64,000 nt of DNA from an uncultured Acidobacteriaceae bacterium (GCA_963843725.1 CAWJLM010000005.1:20124-84123); one strand, 5' to 3'. Counted from the stretch's first letter, positions 51,572 through 61,501 are shown. Notes: generated from the letters alone by a model not told the origin. Program-made: numbers and translations.

Positions 51572-52729
51572 CTAAGAGCTAACAGCAGCGGCCACCGGGA
51601 CCTGCTCGACAATCTCGATACCGAAACCCTCCAGCCCGGCGACCTTGCGTGGATGGTTCGTCAGCAGGCGAATGCGTTTGAGGTTCAGGTCCGACAGAAT
51701 TTGCGCGCCGATACCGATTTCGCGCTGGGTCTTGCGCTGGCTTTCGGGCAAGGTTGGCAGACGCTGCTCGTGATGGAACTGGATGGTCATGCGCTCGCCC
51801 AGCCGCTCCACCGAATAGCCTTTTGACGCCGAGTGAAGATAGATCAGCGCGCCGCGGCCTTCTTCGGCGATGCGCCGCATGGAGGCATCGATAACGTTGC
51901 GGCACTCGCACCAGCTGGCGCCAAAGACGTCGCCCACCAGACAGTGGGAATGCATGCGCACCAGCACCGGTTCGTCGCTGGCATGCTCCACGTCGCCCTT
52001 GACCATAGCGATGTGCGAGTCGCCGTTAATCTCCGACTCGTAGGTGATCATGCGGAAGTCGCCGTAGGCGGTGGGCACGATGGCCTCGGCCAGCCGCCGT
52101 ACGTAACGCTCGTGGGCCATGCGATAGCGGATGACCTCGGCGACGGTGATCATCTTCATGTCGTGCCGGCGGCAGAACTCCGTTAGTTCCGGTACCCGCG
52201 ACATGGTGCCGTCATCGTTCATGATCTCGCAGATGACCCCGGCGGGAACCATGCCGGCCAGGCGTGCCAGATCGACGGAAGCCTCGGTCTGGCCGGCGCG
52301 CACCAGCACGCCGCCCTTGCGGGCGCGCAGCGGAAAGACGTGTCCCGGACGTGCCAGGTCGTTGGGACGGGTGGCGGGATCGATGGCCACGCGGATGGTC
52401 TGGGCGCGATCGTAGGCCGAAATTCCAGTGCTGACACCGTCTTTGGCGTCGATGGATTCGGTGAACGCAGTGCCGAAGTTCGAAGTGTTCTCGGCCGACA
52501 TCTGGCCCAGGCGCAGATACTCCAGGCGCTCCTCGGTCATCGCCAGGCAGACCAGGCCGCGCCCATATTTCGCCATAAAGTTGATGGCCTCAGGCGTAAT
52601 CTTTTCGGCGGCCATGGTGAGGTCGCCTTCGTTCTCGCGGTCCTCGTCGTCGATGACCACAATCATGCGGCCGGCGCGGATTTCCTCCAGCGCGGTCTCA
52701 ACATCGCAGAAGGCAGGCTGAGTAGACAT
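51572..52729 (-). CDS. ribBA: Bifunctional 3,4-dihydroxy-2-butanone-4-phosphate synthase / GTP cyclohydrolase II
   Basis: The RibB half contains [13 protein letters not shown] and [16 protein letters not shown]. The RibA half contains [19 protein letters not shown]-like and LLTNHPRKV. The ATG at 52729 (MSTQPAF...) is preferred because the track extension to 52852 translates repeats. Confidence 0.9.
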   Translation of the reverse strand: MSTQPAFCDVETALEEIRAGRMIVVIDDEDRENEGDLTMAAEKITPEAINFMAKYGRGLVCLAMTEERLEYLRLGQMSAENTSNFGTAFTESIDAKDGVSTGISAYDRAQTIRVAIDPATRPNDLARPGHVFPLRARKGGVLVRAGQTEASVDLARLAGMVPAGVICEIMNDDGTMSRVPELTEFCRRHDMKMITVAEVIRYRMAHERYVRRLAEAIVPTAYGDFRMITYESEINGDSHIAMVKGDVEHASDEPVLVRMHSHCLVGDVFGASWCECRNVIDASMRRIAEEGRGALIYLHSASKGYSVERLGERMTIQFHHEQRLPTLPESQRKTQREIGIGAQILSDLNLKRIRLLTNHPRKVAGLEGFGIEIVEQVPVAAAVSS

Positions 52730-52810
52730 AGGCTCTGGGAGAATTCTAGCAGGGAAGCGGTTTCTCGCAGCTCGCTCTTCGCCCTGGCTCTCCACTCTTT
52801 GCTTCTTCTG

Positions 52811-52876
52811 AGTTGTCATCCCGACCGACGGCCTCGGCCGGAGAGTTGTCATCCCGACCGACGGCCTCAGCCGGAG
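52811..52876. repeat. Tandem duplication (2 x 33 nt, one mismatch) of an A-type hairpin module in the ribBA leader
   Basis: AGTTGTCATCCCGACCGACGGCCTC(G/A)GCCGGAG occurs twice, 82-147 nt upstream of the ribBA start. Confidence 0.85.
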
Positions 52877-53021
52877 TGGAGGGACCCGTTGTTCGCACTG
52901 GCGGGCTCTCGCCGGCTAGCGAACAGAGGGTCTTGCCGCTTGTAACGAAAGTCATCGGCCGCGATGGGGATAATACGCGAAGAGGGTACAGCGAAGAGCG
53001 AAGGGCGAACAGCGGCTTCTC

Positions 53022-53621
53022 TCACACCGCCGCTGGCGCCCGGGTGAACAATCCTCGCAGGGCGCGAATGACCCAGCGCATCACTAACACAATGATGATG
53101 AGCAGGACGATCACTACTGATGCCGCGATATACGGATGCTGCACTGCAATCCATGACAGCCCGATAGCTGCGATGTCTTCGCTAAAACTCAAAGCAATGT
53201 TGGAGACCGGTTCGGGCGAAGGCGTGACGGCGGCACGCAACGCGGTTTTGCCTCCATGCGCGGCAAAAGCGATCAGGCCTCCCAGGGCGGTCGAAGCCAA
53301 CTGCATTCCCAGCGAAAGATGAGAAGTGGCGGCATAGGCCAGCAGCGCCGCTACCGGAACGCGAATGAAAGTTTGCAATGCGTTCCAGATCAGGTCAAAA
53401 CCTGGAACCTTGTCGGCAAAAAACTCCAGTCCGAAAAGGGCAAGCGAGGCGCCAATAATCCACCACGACTGAAGCGTGTCGATGGCAGGCGGCAACATAA
53501 CCACGCCCGCCCGAGCCAGCAAGCCCAGGGTCGCGACCGTGGCGTAGACATTCAGGCCGGCCGCAAAGCTGGTTCCGGCCAACATCGCTACAGTCCGGTC
53601 AGTGTTGAAATTCACCACCAC
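53022..53621 (-). CDS. DUF4126-like integral membrane protein
   Basis: 199 aa with about 5-6 TM helices. FFADKVPGFDLIWNALQTFIRVP is characteristic of DUF4126. Confidence 0.7.
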   Translation of the reverse strand: MVVNFNTDRTVAMLAGTSFAAGLNVYATVATLGLLARAGVVMLPPAIDTLQSWWIIGASLALFGLEFFADKVPGFDLIWNALQTFIRVPVAALLAYAATSHLSLGMQLASTALGGLIAFAAHGGKTALRAAVTPSPEPVSNIALSFSEDIAAIGLSWIAVQHPYIAASVVIVLLIIIVLVMRWVIRALRGLFTRAPAAV

Positions 53622-53708
53622 CCCATGGAGTTACTTTATGCTCGGCACAGCCGTGATCCAATGGAAAAGGGCCGCACGCGGCGGCCCTGAAGAGAGAGAC
53701 GGGTTGGG

Positions 53709-53936
53709 TTAAAGGGTGGACTCGATCTCGAAGCCCCAAGCCTCAAGAAGAGGTTCGGGGATGTACTTCGAGTTCTTATTCTTGCGCGCCCACTCCCGCA
53801 ACCGGGTAGAGCGAATGTACTGATCCGGCTGCAGTTTGAACTCTTTTACCACCTGCTCAAATTCCGTGATGGTGGGAACTACCGGGCCAATAGGCTCTGG
53901 TTTGCCCCAATTAGGATTGCCACGTCTTTTTGCCAT
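53709..53936 (-). CDS. Small basic hypothetical protein (75 aa)
   Basis: MAKRRGNPNWGKPEPIGPV.... It is a clean ORF and I recognise no family. Confidence 0.5.
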   Translation of the reverse strand: MAKRRGNPNWGKPEPIGPVVPTITEFEQVVKEFKLQPDQYIRSTRLREWARKNKNSKYIPEPLLEAWGFEIESTL

Positions 53937-54719
53937 GTGTCTTTCGTCCTGATTCGAGAGATATAAAACTGGATGATCGATGTATTCCCGGTGATGCCTT
54001 GGCCCTATCTAACTGATTGGATTCAGACAGCTTTCACAAAGATTCAGGGGCCCTTACCGGTTATTCGTCCTTCAGGAACCGCCGCGCCAGAGAAAGGATT
54101 GTAGGTGAGCCAAAGAACGTAACACTATAGCTCCATTCTGGCCGAGGTTCAAGGAAATTCAAGTCCTGCGGACCATCGATCGCACCAAAGTTGCACTACC
54201 CTCTATCAACAGCGCTATGTCCATGAGAATCAGACGGATAAAAGGGTAGAAAGTGAGCAGAACGGCCTGGTTTTCCAGCCGTTCACCGCTATGTTCCAGG
54301 CCATTAGGGCGCTGGTAGTAGTAATACTCAACTCACTGATAAGAGGAGTGAAGATGAATTAATCCGCTTGCGGCAAATCTGCCAACCGTCTGCAAGAGGT
54401 GGAGAATCTTGAGCCGATTAACTTCACGACGGGCACCGGCCTCCTTTAGCGCTGGGTGACTACCTCGGAACTCCTTCCGCGGCGTGGGCAACTCGGGGTC
54501 GCAGCCTCGCATCGACTCACTAGGGTAGAGTTTGGCGAAGAAGTTATACGGATTCTTGCCTTTCTTGATTGGTCTCCGAGTCTTGCATCTCTCTATTTAT
54601 CTTATTGGACCCAACTATCGACTTCAGACGCTGTATCCAAGTGATTCTAGACGCGTCGGCGGACGTGTGCGACTATTTCAAAAGGTCGGCGCTCCACGCG
54701 CCGCAGATTTGATCGTGCG

Positions 54720-57700
54720 ATGACTCCCGGCTCCTCCAGCACAACTCGGCATAAACCCCTGGATCAAGACACGCCTCGACTGGAGTCGGCGGTTGCGAAC
54801 GAGATTTTGTCCGGCGGCGGAGAGATGGGCGCGCTCATGCGGGCCTTCGACTGGTCTGCAACTCCGCTGGGGCCGATATCTGCGTGGCCGCAGAGTCTGA
54901 TCACCGCTGTCCGCATCATCCTTAATTCCCGCTACGCCATGTTCATCTGGTGGGGCCGGGAACTGATCAATCTCTATAACGATCCCTACCGCGCTTTTCT
55001 CGGCATCAAGCATCCCGCAGCCCTCGGGCAATCGGCTCGCAGCGTGTGGTCCGAGATCTGGGAGCAGATCGGGCCGCGCACCGATTCCGTCTTACTCCGA
55101 GGCGAGTCGACCTACGACGAAGCCTTGTTGTTGATGATGGATCGCCACGGATACCTGGAAGAAACCTACTTCACGTTTGCTTACAGCCCGATTCCCGATG
55201 ACCAGGGAGGGGTCGCCGGACTGTTCTGCGCCGTGACCGAAGATACGCAGCGAGTGCTGGGTGAGCGTCGTCTGAAGCTGTTGCGCCAAACGGCTTCGGC
55301 AGTGGCAGAATGCCGTACTCCAGCACAGGTGTGTGAGGCCGCTGCCGATTGTTTAGCCAGCGCGCCCGACTTGCCCTTCAGCATGATTTATCTGGTCGAA
55401 CCCGACGGCAAATCGCTGAAGAGAATTTCCCAGGCTGGAATCGCGACGGACCACCCGGCTGCGCCTGATCTGATTTCTCTCAGCGCTGACCAAGGTTCGA
55501 TTTGGCCGTTGCGGCAAGTGATCGAGTGCGGGGAAGCAGTTCTGGTCGAACACCTGCACGAGCGGCTTGCCGATCTGCCAACCGGAGAATGGAGCCGTGC
55601 CCCGGAGCGCGCGATCCTGATGCCAATTGCCCAGCCCGGACAGGGCCGTGCCGCAGGCGTCTTGATTGCCGCTTTGAATCCTCATCGTAAATTTGACGAG
55701 GAGTTCCGGGGATTTGTAAGTCTGCTCGCCAGCCAGATTGCCGCCGGCATTGGGAATGCCATGGCTTACGAAGCGGAGCGGCAGCGAGCTGAGTCGCTGG
55801 CCGAGCTGGACCGCGCGAAAACAGCTTTCTTCAGCAACGTGAGTCACGAATTTCGAACTCCATTGACCCTGATGCTGGGTCCTTTGGACGAGATATTGGC
55901 GGCTTCTCGCGATCAATTGTCCGGTCAAGATCGAGAGCAGCTGACGGTGGCGCGCAGAAACGCTTTGCGGCTCCTGCAACTGGTCAACTCCCTGTTGGAT
56001 TTTTCGCGGATCGAGGCTGGCCGCGAGCATGCGATTTACCAGGCCACCGACCTTTCCGCCCTGACCGCCGACATAGCCAGCGTGTTTCGCTCGGCCATGG
56101 AAAAAGCCGGGCTGCGATTCTCGGTCGAATGCCAGCCGCTGGCCGAGCCGGTGTATGTCGACCGCGAAATGTGGGAAAAGATCGTCCTCAACCTTTTGTC
56201 GAATGCCTTCAAGTTTACTTTTGAAGGCGAAGTGGCTGTCCGGCTGAAGGCCGTGGACGATGCCGTGGAACTGGTGGTTCGCGATACCGGCGTCGGTATT
56301 GCTGAGGATGAACTGCCACGGGTGTTTGAACGCTTCCACCGGATTGCAAACACGCGGGCGCGCACCTATGAAGGCACCGGCATTGGATTGGCGCTGGTGC
56401 AGGAACTGGTGAAGCTTCACGGCGGCAGCGTGCGGCTGGAAAGCACGGCGGGTCGAGGCAGCACGTTCACCGTATCGATTCCGAAAAACAAAGCGCATTT
56501 GCCGGCGGGTCGAGTTCCGGCAGAGCCCAATCCGGCAGAGATAGCGCTCCGCCGGAAGGTGTACGCCGAAGAAGCGCTGCGTTTATTACCACAAGGGAGT
56601 GCGGCAGCAAGCGCCGTTCTTCCCGATCTATCGTCCCCAACGCCCATGGGGGCGAAAGCGACTTCGCAGGAAGTGATCGTTCTGGCCGACGACAATGCTG
56701 ATATGCGCGAGTACGTTGGCCGTCTGCTGGGCGAGCGCTACCAGGTCCAGGCTGTTCGCGATGGCGTAGAAGCACTGGAGACGATCCGGCGGCTTCGTCC
56801 TGCTTTGGTTCTGTCCGATGTCATGATGCCCCGGCTGGATGGATTTGGCCTGTTGCGCGCCCTCCGCGACGATTCCGCGACGAATACCATACCGGTAATT
56901 TTGCTTTCTGCCCGGGCAGGAGAAGAGTCGCGAGTCGAGGGGCTGCAGGCTGGTGCCGACGATTATCTGGTCAAGCCCTTTACCGCAGTGGAACTGCTGG
57001 CGCGAGTTGAAACCCACCTAAGAATGGCCAAGGCGAATCACCAGGCCGCCCAACGGGAAGCGGCATTGCGCGCCGAAACCGAGTTGGAACGCCACCGCTT
57101 GCAGGAGTTGCTGACCCAGGCGCCGGCCGCGATCGGCGTTTTGAGCGGCCCGGAACATCGCTGGACTTATGTGAACGATTTCTACGTCGAGATAACCGGC
57201 AGACAGAGCGCACAAGATTTTCTGGGCAAGACTTTCCGCGAGAGTTTGCCCGAGCTGGAAGGCCAGGGATTTCTCGAGTTATTGGACCAAGTCTACCGAA
57301 CCGGCAAGCCTCATACTGGCCGCGAGGTCATGGCGAAGCTCAATCGTTCAACTGGCGGCGAGCCACGGGAAACTTATTTCAATTTCGTATATCAACCCAT
57401 TCGCGATATCGCGGGCAAGGTCGACGGTATTCTGGTTCATGGCGTGGATGTGACCGACCAGGTCAGCGTCAGAAAAGCCATCGAGGTAAGCGAAGAACGG
57501 CTGCGTCTGGCCCAGGCGGCGGCGCAAATTGGCACCTGGGATTGGGATGGCCTGAACAATATCAGCAAACTGTCGCCGGAACTTCATCAAATCTTTGGTA
57601 CCGATCCGCACGATCCGCGGCACGTCGAAGTCTGGGCTTCGCGAGTGCATCGCGATGATTGGCAAAATCTGCAGACGCAAATGCAAGCCGCGCTCACCTC

Positions 57701-58937
57701 AGGCAGCATGGAATTCGAGTATCGATATCATCATCCGGTAAATGGATTGCGCTGGTTCTACGGCCGCGGGCGCAAGCTCGAGGGAGAGCAGCGAATGCTG
57801 GGCATCCTGCAGGACATTACCGAGCGCAAGCGAACCGAACAGATGCGGCAAAGGCTGGCCGCCATCATCGAGTCCTCCGACGACGCCATCGTAGGCAAAG
57901 ACCTGCATGGCATCGTGACCAGCTGGAACGTGGGTGCGGAGAAAATGTTTGGCTACACCGCGCAGGAAATGGAAGGGCAGCCCATAACCAAGATCATTCC
58001 CCTCGAGCTGCACGCCGACGAGCAACGCATCCTCGAAACCATTGGCCGGGGAGAACGCATCGATCATTTTGAAACCACGCGCATGCGCAAGGATGGCGAG
58101 CGAATTGAAGTTTCTTTGACGGTTTCGCCTATCAACGACGCGTCGGGAAAGGTGATCGGAGCGGCAAAAATTGCCCGCGACATTACTCACCGCAAACAGA
58201 CCGAGCAGGCCTTACGCACCAGTGAACGGCTGGCCTCGGTGGGACGTCTGGCGGCGACGGTAGCGCACGAGATTAATAATCCTCTGGAGGCCGTAACCAA
58301 CCTGATCTTCCTGGCTAAGAACCAAACCGCCCAGGCAGACGTGCGGGAGTATCTCGCCGCTGCCGAAGAAGAGCTGGAACGTGTTTCTCAGCTGACCAAA
58401 CAGACTCTCAGCTTTTACCGCGACACCAGGGGAGCCACCGCAACCAAGGTCGGGGCGATGGTTGCGCCGTTGCTTTCAGTGTTCTCTTCCAGAACGCGCA
58501 ATAAAGCGATCGAGATTATTTCCGAGATCAGACAGGATCCGGAGATCACTGCTGTTCCTGGCGAAATCCGCCAACTGCTCGCGAACCTGCTCAGCAACAG
58601 CATCGATGCGGTGGAAGATGCGGGCAAAGTCCGTATTCGGGTGGCTGCTGCAAACGACTGGAGGACAGGCCGGCAAGCCGGAGTGAGACTGACAGTGGCC
58701 GATTCCGGACCGGGCATTCCAGCCGCGATCCGGGCGAAACTCTTTGAACCTTTCTTTACCACCAAGAAAGATGTGGGAACCGGACTTGGTTTATGGGTGT
58801 GCGAGAGCATCATTGAAAAACAGGGTGGGAGCATTCGCGTGAAAAGCAGTGTGGCGCCAGGTAAGAGCTGGACCGCGTTCTCGGTGTTTCTGCCCCTCGA
58901 CCCGCAATCCTCGGCGCCACTGCGAGAGGAAGCTTAG
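54720..58937 (+). CDS. Giant cytoplasmic hybrid sensor kinase with two complete transmitter cores (PAS/GAF-HisKA-HATPase-REC-PAS x3-HisKA-HATPase)
   Basis: Core 1 has H-box FFSNVSHEFRTPLT and HATPase RDTGVGIAEDELPRVFERFHR...GTGIGLALVQELVKLHGG. The REC domain reads VIVLADDNADMREY...LVLSDVMMPRLDG...LLSARAG...DDYLVKPF. Three PAS blocks follow. Core 2 has H-box LAATVAHEINNPL and HATPase ADSGPGIPAAIRAKLFEPFFTTK..GTGLGLWVCESIIEKQGG. Confidence 0.85.
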   Translation: MTPGSSSTTRHKPLDQDTPRLESAVANEILSGGGEMGALMRAFDWSATPLGPISAWPQSLITAVRIILNSRYAMFIWWGRELINLYNDPYRAFLGIKHPAALGQSARSVWSEIWEQIGPRTDSVLLRGESTYDEALLLMMDRHGYLEETYFTFAYSPIPDDQGGVAGLFCAVTEDTQRVLGERRLKLLRQTASAVAECRTPAQVCEAAADCLASAPDLPFSMIYLVEPDGKSLKRISQAGIATDHPAAPDLISLSADQGSIWPLRQVIECGEAVLVEHLHERLADLPTGEWSRAPERAILMPIAQPGQGRAAGVLIAALNPHRKFDEEFRGFVSLLASQIAAGIGNAMAYEAERQRAESLAELDRAKTAFFSNVSHEFRTPLTLMLGPLDEILAASRDQLSGQDREQLTVARRNALRLLQLVNSLLDFSRIEAGREHAIYQATDLSALTADIASVFRSAMEKAGLRFSVECQPLAEPVYVDREMWEKIVLNLLSNAFKFTFEGEVAVRLKAVDDAVELVVRDTGVGIAEDELPRVFERFHRIANTRARTYEGTGIGLALVQELVKLHGGSVRLESTAGRGSTFTVSIPKNKAHLPAGRVPAEPNPAEIALRRKVYAEEALRLLPQGSAAASAVLPDLSSPTPMGAKATSQEVIVLADDNADMREYVGRLLGERYQVQAVRDGVEALETIRRLRPALVLSDVMMPRLDGFGLLRALRDDSATNTIPVILLSARAGEESRVEGLQAGADDYLVKPFTAVELLARVETHLRMAKANHQAAQREAALRAETELERHRLQELLTQAPAAIGVLSGPEHRWTYVNDFYVEITGRQSAQDFLGKTFRESLPELEGQGFLELLDQVYRTGKPHTGREVMAKLNRSTGGEPRETYFNFVYQPIRDIAGKVDGILVHGVDVTDQVSVRKAIEVSEERLRLAQAAAQIGTWDWDGLNNISKLSPELHQIFGTDPHDPRHVEVWASRVHRDDWQNLQTQMQAALTSGSMEFEYRYHHPVNGLRWFYGRGRKLEGEQRMLGILQDITERKRTEQMRQRLAAIIESSDDAIVGKDLHGIVTSWNVGAEKMFGYTAQEMEGQPITKIIPLELHADEQRILETIGRGERIDHFETTRMRKDGERIEVSLTVSPINDASGKVIGAAKIARDITHRKQTEQALRTSERLASVGRLAATVAHEINNPLEAVTNLIFLAKNQTAQADVREYLAAAEEELERVSQLTKQTLSFYRDTRGATATKVGAMVAPLLSVFSSRTRNKAIEIISEIRQDPEITAVPGEIRQLLANLLSNSIDAVEDAGKVRIRVAAANDWRTGRQAGVRLTVADSGPGIPAAIRAKLFEPFFTTKKDVGTGLGLWVCESIIEKQGGSIRVKSSVAPGKSWTAFSVFLPLDPQSSAPLREEA

Positions 58938-59267
58938 AGCGCTTCGCTTGACGCGATCGTTTTCTGCACATTACTTATCCAACCGCGAGGTGACCGCTAG
59001 CTGGCGTTAGTACCGCGCGAAAGCCTGATTTCGATTTGATTTTCGACGCCTACGATCAATGAATGTTGGCTGCGGCCTGCTGCCCGTTCTTGGCCAGCAC
59101 CATTTTGGCGCGACCCAGTTCAGGACGGTCAGAGTGTTTCCCGTCAGCGCAATTCTGCAACAGTTGCGCGTAATAGGAGTTTGCTTTTTCCGGCTGATGG
59201 ACCAGGCGGCGTCAAGTCAGTCTTCGCATGAATCGAAGCGCAGGTGAGACTGAAGAAATGTGCCGAT

Positions 59268-59888
59268 TCAGGGTGCGGTATTAGAACGTTTCCTGACCAC
59301 CCAAGTGGTCATGCAGCGATAGTCCTGCACGATCGTCGTCTTCAGCGGGTCCATCAGGATTCCATTTAGCTGCTCAGTCAGGTGCAGGAGCATTTCTTGA
59401 TCCACCAGGAACCACTCAGAGCCGTCACCGATCCGGAAAATGTTGCCCCGCAACGGTTCAAAATCCATGCCAATCCGCGATCCCAACCGGCAGAAAAACA
59501 TCCCGCGGGGCTTTACTACCCGCCAGAGCTCTCTCAGCATCGTCTGGAAATGCTTATCGTCCCGCGCAAAATGAAGCACAGCACTACAAATCACGATGTC
59601 CGCAAAATCATCGGGGAACGGCATCTGCTCGATCGATCCCACCTGGAAGTTCTCTGCCGGCAGCCCGGTCCGAAGCGACTCTGATAAATCACGGACGTGC
59701 TGAATGGCCGCGGCATCCGCGTCGAGCGCGAACACCTGACATCCGGCGCGCAGCAGATATACGAGATTGCGGCCATAACCAGATCCGGCATCGAGCACGC
59801 GCATGCCGGCGGTGATATTACCGCGCAGGATTTGATCGAATAAGTAAATATCGATCTGGCCAAATTGTTCCTGGATGTCGATCGTCAC
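59268..59888 (-). CDS. Class I SAM-dependent methyltransferase
   Basis: Motif I is VLDAGSGYGRNLVYLL, followed by acidic FALDAD. GTG start with a weak RBS. Confidence 0.7.
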   Translation of the reverse strand: MTIDIQEQFGQIDIYLFDQILRGNITAGMRVLDAGSGYGRNLVYLLRAGCQVFALDADAAAIQHVRDLSESLRTGLPAENFQVGSIEQMPFPDDFADIVICSAVLHFARDDKHFQTMLRELWRVVKPRGMFFCRLGSRIGMDFEPLRGNIFRIGDGSEWFLVDQEMLLHLTEQLNGILMDPLKTTIVQDYRCMTTWVVRKRSNTAP

Positions 59889-59924
59889 AGTGGACCAAGT
59901 TTAACTGCCATCGGCGTGTGGCCT

Positions 59925-60836
59925 CTAACTCGGAGCAGGTGCACGGCGCACTTCAATCTGTCCGTTCCGCGTGCGCACTTCCAGACAGGGCTGGGGGTGA
60001 ACTGCAGGCCCGTCGATTACTCGCCCATCTGCCAAGGCAAACCGCGAGAAGTGATAAGGGCAAACAACGGTATCACCTTCGAGTTTGCCTTCCGAGAGCG
60101 GCCCGCTGAAGTGGGAGCACGTCTCGGCCATGGCAAACAGACGATCGCCGCGACGGACAAGCAGAATCGGCGTGCCCTGGTACATGGCGCGAGTAAGTTT
60201 GCCATCCGGCAAACTTGTCTCCGGCAGAACGGCGGCAAACTGCTGTGGGAAAACCTGGCCATCCGTGCGATCAACGCCTACTCGGTTCTTATACACCAGC
60301 TTGCCGCCCAGGCGGGCTGCGTAGCTCATAACCGCATAGCCCAGAACGCCGGCGATGCGGCCAGACTGACGGCATTTCTTTTTTCGCAACAACAGCGACG
60401 TGGCAAACAGCGCGGCGCCACTCAGGTTCAGGAGACCATGAATCAAGCCCGGGCGGCGAGCCGGTGGATCAACATCGGACCAATCCGTCATGCCGGTTAC
60501 GGCCGCGCCTGCCGCCGCCAGCAAGCCGATTCCGATTGACGTTTCGCAGGCTCGCGCCAACTCGCGCCGGTCATAGACGAGGTCTAAAGCATCAAACGCC
60601 ATGGCAACCGTCCAGGCCCCTACGGGCACGTCGGTGAGTACGACATGCAGAGGCTCACCAAGCCATGTGCCGTTCAGAAAGTTCCTGATCTGTTGCGCTG
60701 CCGGATGGCCTCCGCCGTACAGCGCCTGGTCGAGCAACTTCTGCAGCTTCTCGTCCACTGCCTGCGGCGCCGGCGCTGATTCGCCAGTTGAATCGGCCTG
60801 TGACCCTGTTCCAGCGGTGGGGTTTTGATCTTCCAT
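59925..60836 (-). CDS. Membrane-anchored Rieske [2Fe-2S] protein (DUF2231-like TM domain plus Rieske domain)
   Basis: The Rieske ligand boxes are CSHFSGPL and CPYHFSRF. The N-terminal half has about 4 TM helices. The ATG at 60836 has GAGGAA upstream (the track start is at 60857). Confidence 0.8.
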   Translation of the reverse strand: MEDQNPTAGTGSQADSTGESAPAPQAVDEKLQKLLDQALYGGGHPAAQQIRNFLNGTWLGEPLHVVLTDVPVGAWTVAMAFDALDLVYDRRELARACETSIGIGLLAAAGAAVTGMTDWSDVDPPARRPGLIHGLLNLSGAALFATSLLLRKKKCRQSGRIAGVLGYAVMSYAARLGGKLVYKNRVGVDRTDGQVFPQQFAAVLPETSLPDGKLTRAMYQGTPILLVRRGDRLFAMAETCSHFSGPLSEGKLEGDTVVCPYHFSRFALADGRVIDGPAVHPQPCLEVRTRNGQIEVRRAPAPS

Positions 60837-61095
60837 AGGTTCCTCATAACCTACCATGTGGCAGTTGCAACCGACATTTGGATGCCCGGGCGGTGAGGTT
60901 CGTTGGTTTCTTTTCCAAGTGGCTGGCGGCCGGCGAACGACGATGAGACTCGGTACCTATCGCAAGGCGCGGAACCACGACAGTTCACATGCAAAAGGGA
61001 GCGGGAGAATACTTCCCTCGACCCGGCGCCAGCGGGCATCACTGCACCTGCCCCGGCCATCGTAGTCACTAGAGCCAACTCAAAGCCGGGGATTC

Positions 61096-61487
61096 ATGAT
61101 GAAAGCAGTTAGCTACGAAGGCCCACGGAAAGTCTCCGTGTCGAAACATCCGAAACCCAAAATCAAATCCCCGACCGGTTCCGTCTTCCGGTTGAAGGGA
61201 GGGTCCGGGGTCTATGTGGCCGACAATGCCGGCGAGCGGCTGCAGAAGGCAGAGCATTCCCGCCGGCTGATTTTTTTGACAAGGCGGTTAGTATGGGTAG
61301 CGGCCACGCTCCGGTCAAGAAGTACAACGGGTATCTGCGTGACCTCATCAGTACCGGCAAAGCCAAACCCAGTCAGATCGTCAGTCACCGCATCGACATT
61401 AAGAACGCTCCCGAGGCATATGACAAGTTCGGCAAGCAGATTGAGGGATACATCAAAATCCTCAGCAAGTTTGAGCCGTCAGCCTGA
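61096..61487 (+). pseudogene. Remnant of a Zn-dependent (glutathione-independent formaldehyde dehydrogenase-type) alcohol dehydrogenase with an internal deletion
   Basis: The N-terminal piece MMKAVSYEGPRKVSVSKHPKPKIKSPTGSVFRLK is a typical MDR start but lacks the following GHE/Cys zinc region. The C-terminal piece is in another frame (about 61263..61487): ...FFDKAVSMGSGHAPVKKYNGYLRDLISTGKAKPSQIVSHRIDIKNAPEAYDKFGKQIEGYIKI. This matches the last roughly 75 aa of FdhA-like enzymes. About 280 central codons are missing. Confidence 0.7.
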
Positions 61488-61501
61488 AAGAGTGAGCCAT
61501 C

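Noticed and set aside
52730-52990. Possible FMN (RFN) riboswitch in the ribBA leader, because CCGGCG..AGCCCGC and GCCGTCGGTCGGGATGA resemble parts of the aptamer.
   Set aside because: The 5' conserved core (GGGCAGGGTGAAATTCCC) is missing. The similar segment is part of a dispersed repeat that also occurs at 51414..51540. A covariance-model search is needed to be certain.
54456-54723. Short ORFs 54456..54644 and 54532..54723 in the AT-richer gap.
   Set aside because: No SD, overlapping frames, atypical composition and no recognisable motif. They are treated as noncoding.
59056-59211. Minus-strand frame reading ...RRLVHQPEKANSYYAQLLQNCADGKHSDRPELGRAKMVLAKNGQQAAANIH*, resembling the C-terminus of a TPR/YbgF-like protein.
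   Set aside because: It is only about 51 codons, bounded upstream by a stop, and has no usable start or SD. It may be a gene fragment, but I cannot support it as a feature without a database hit.
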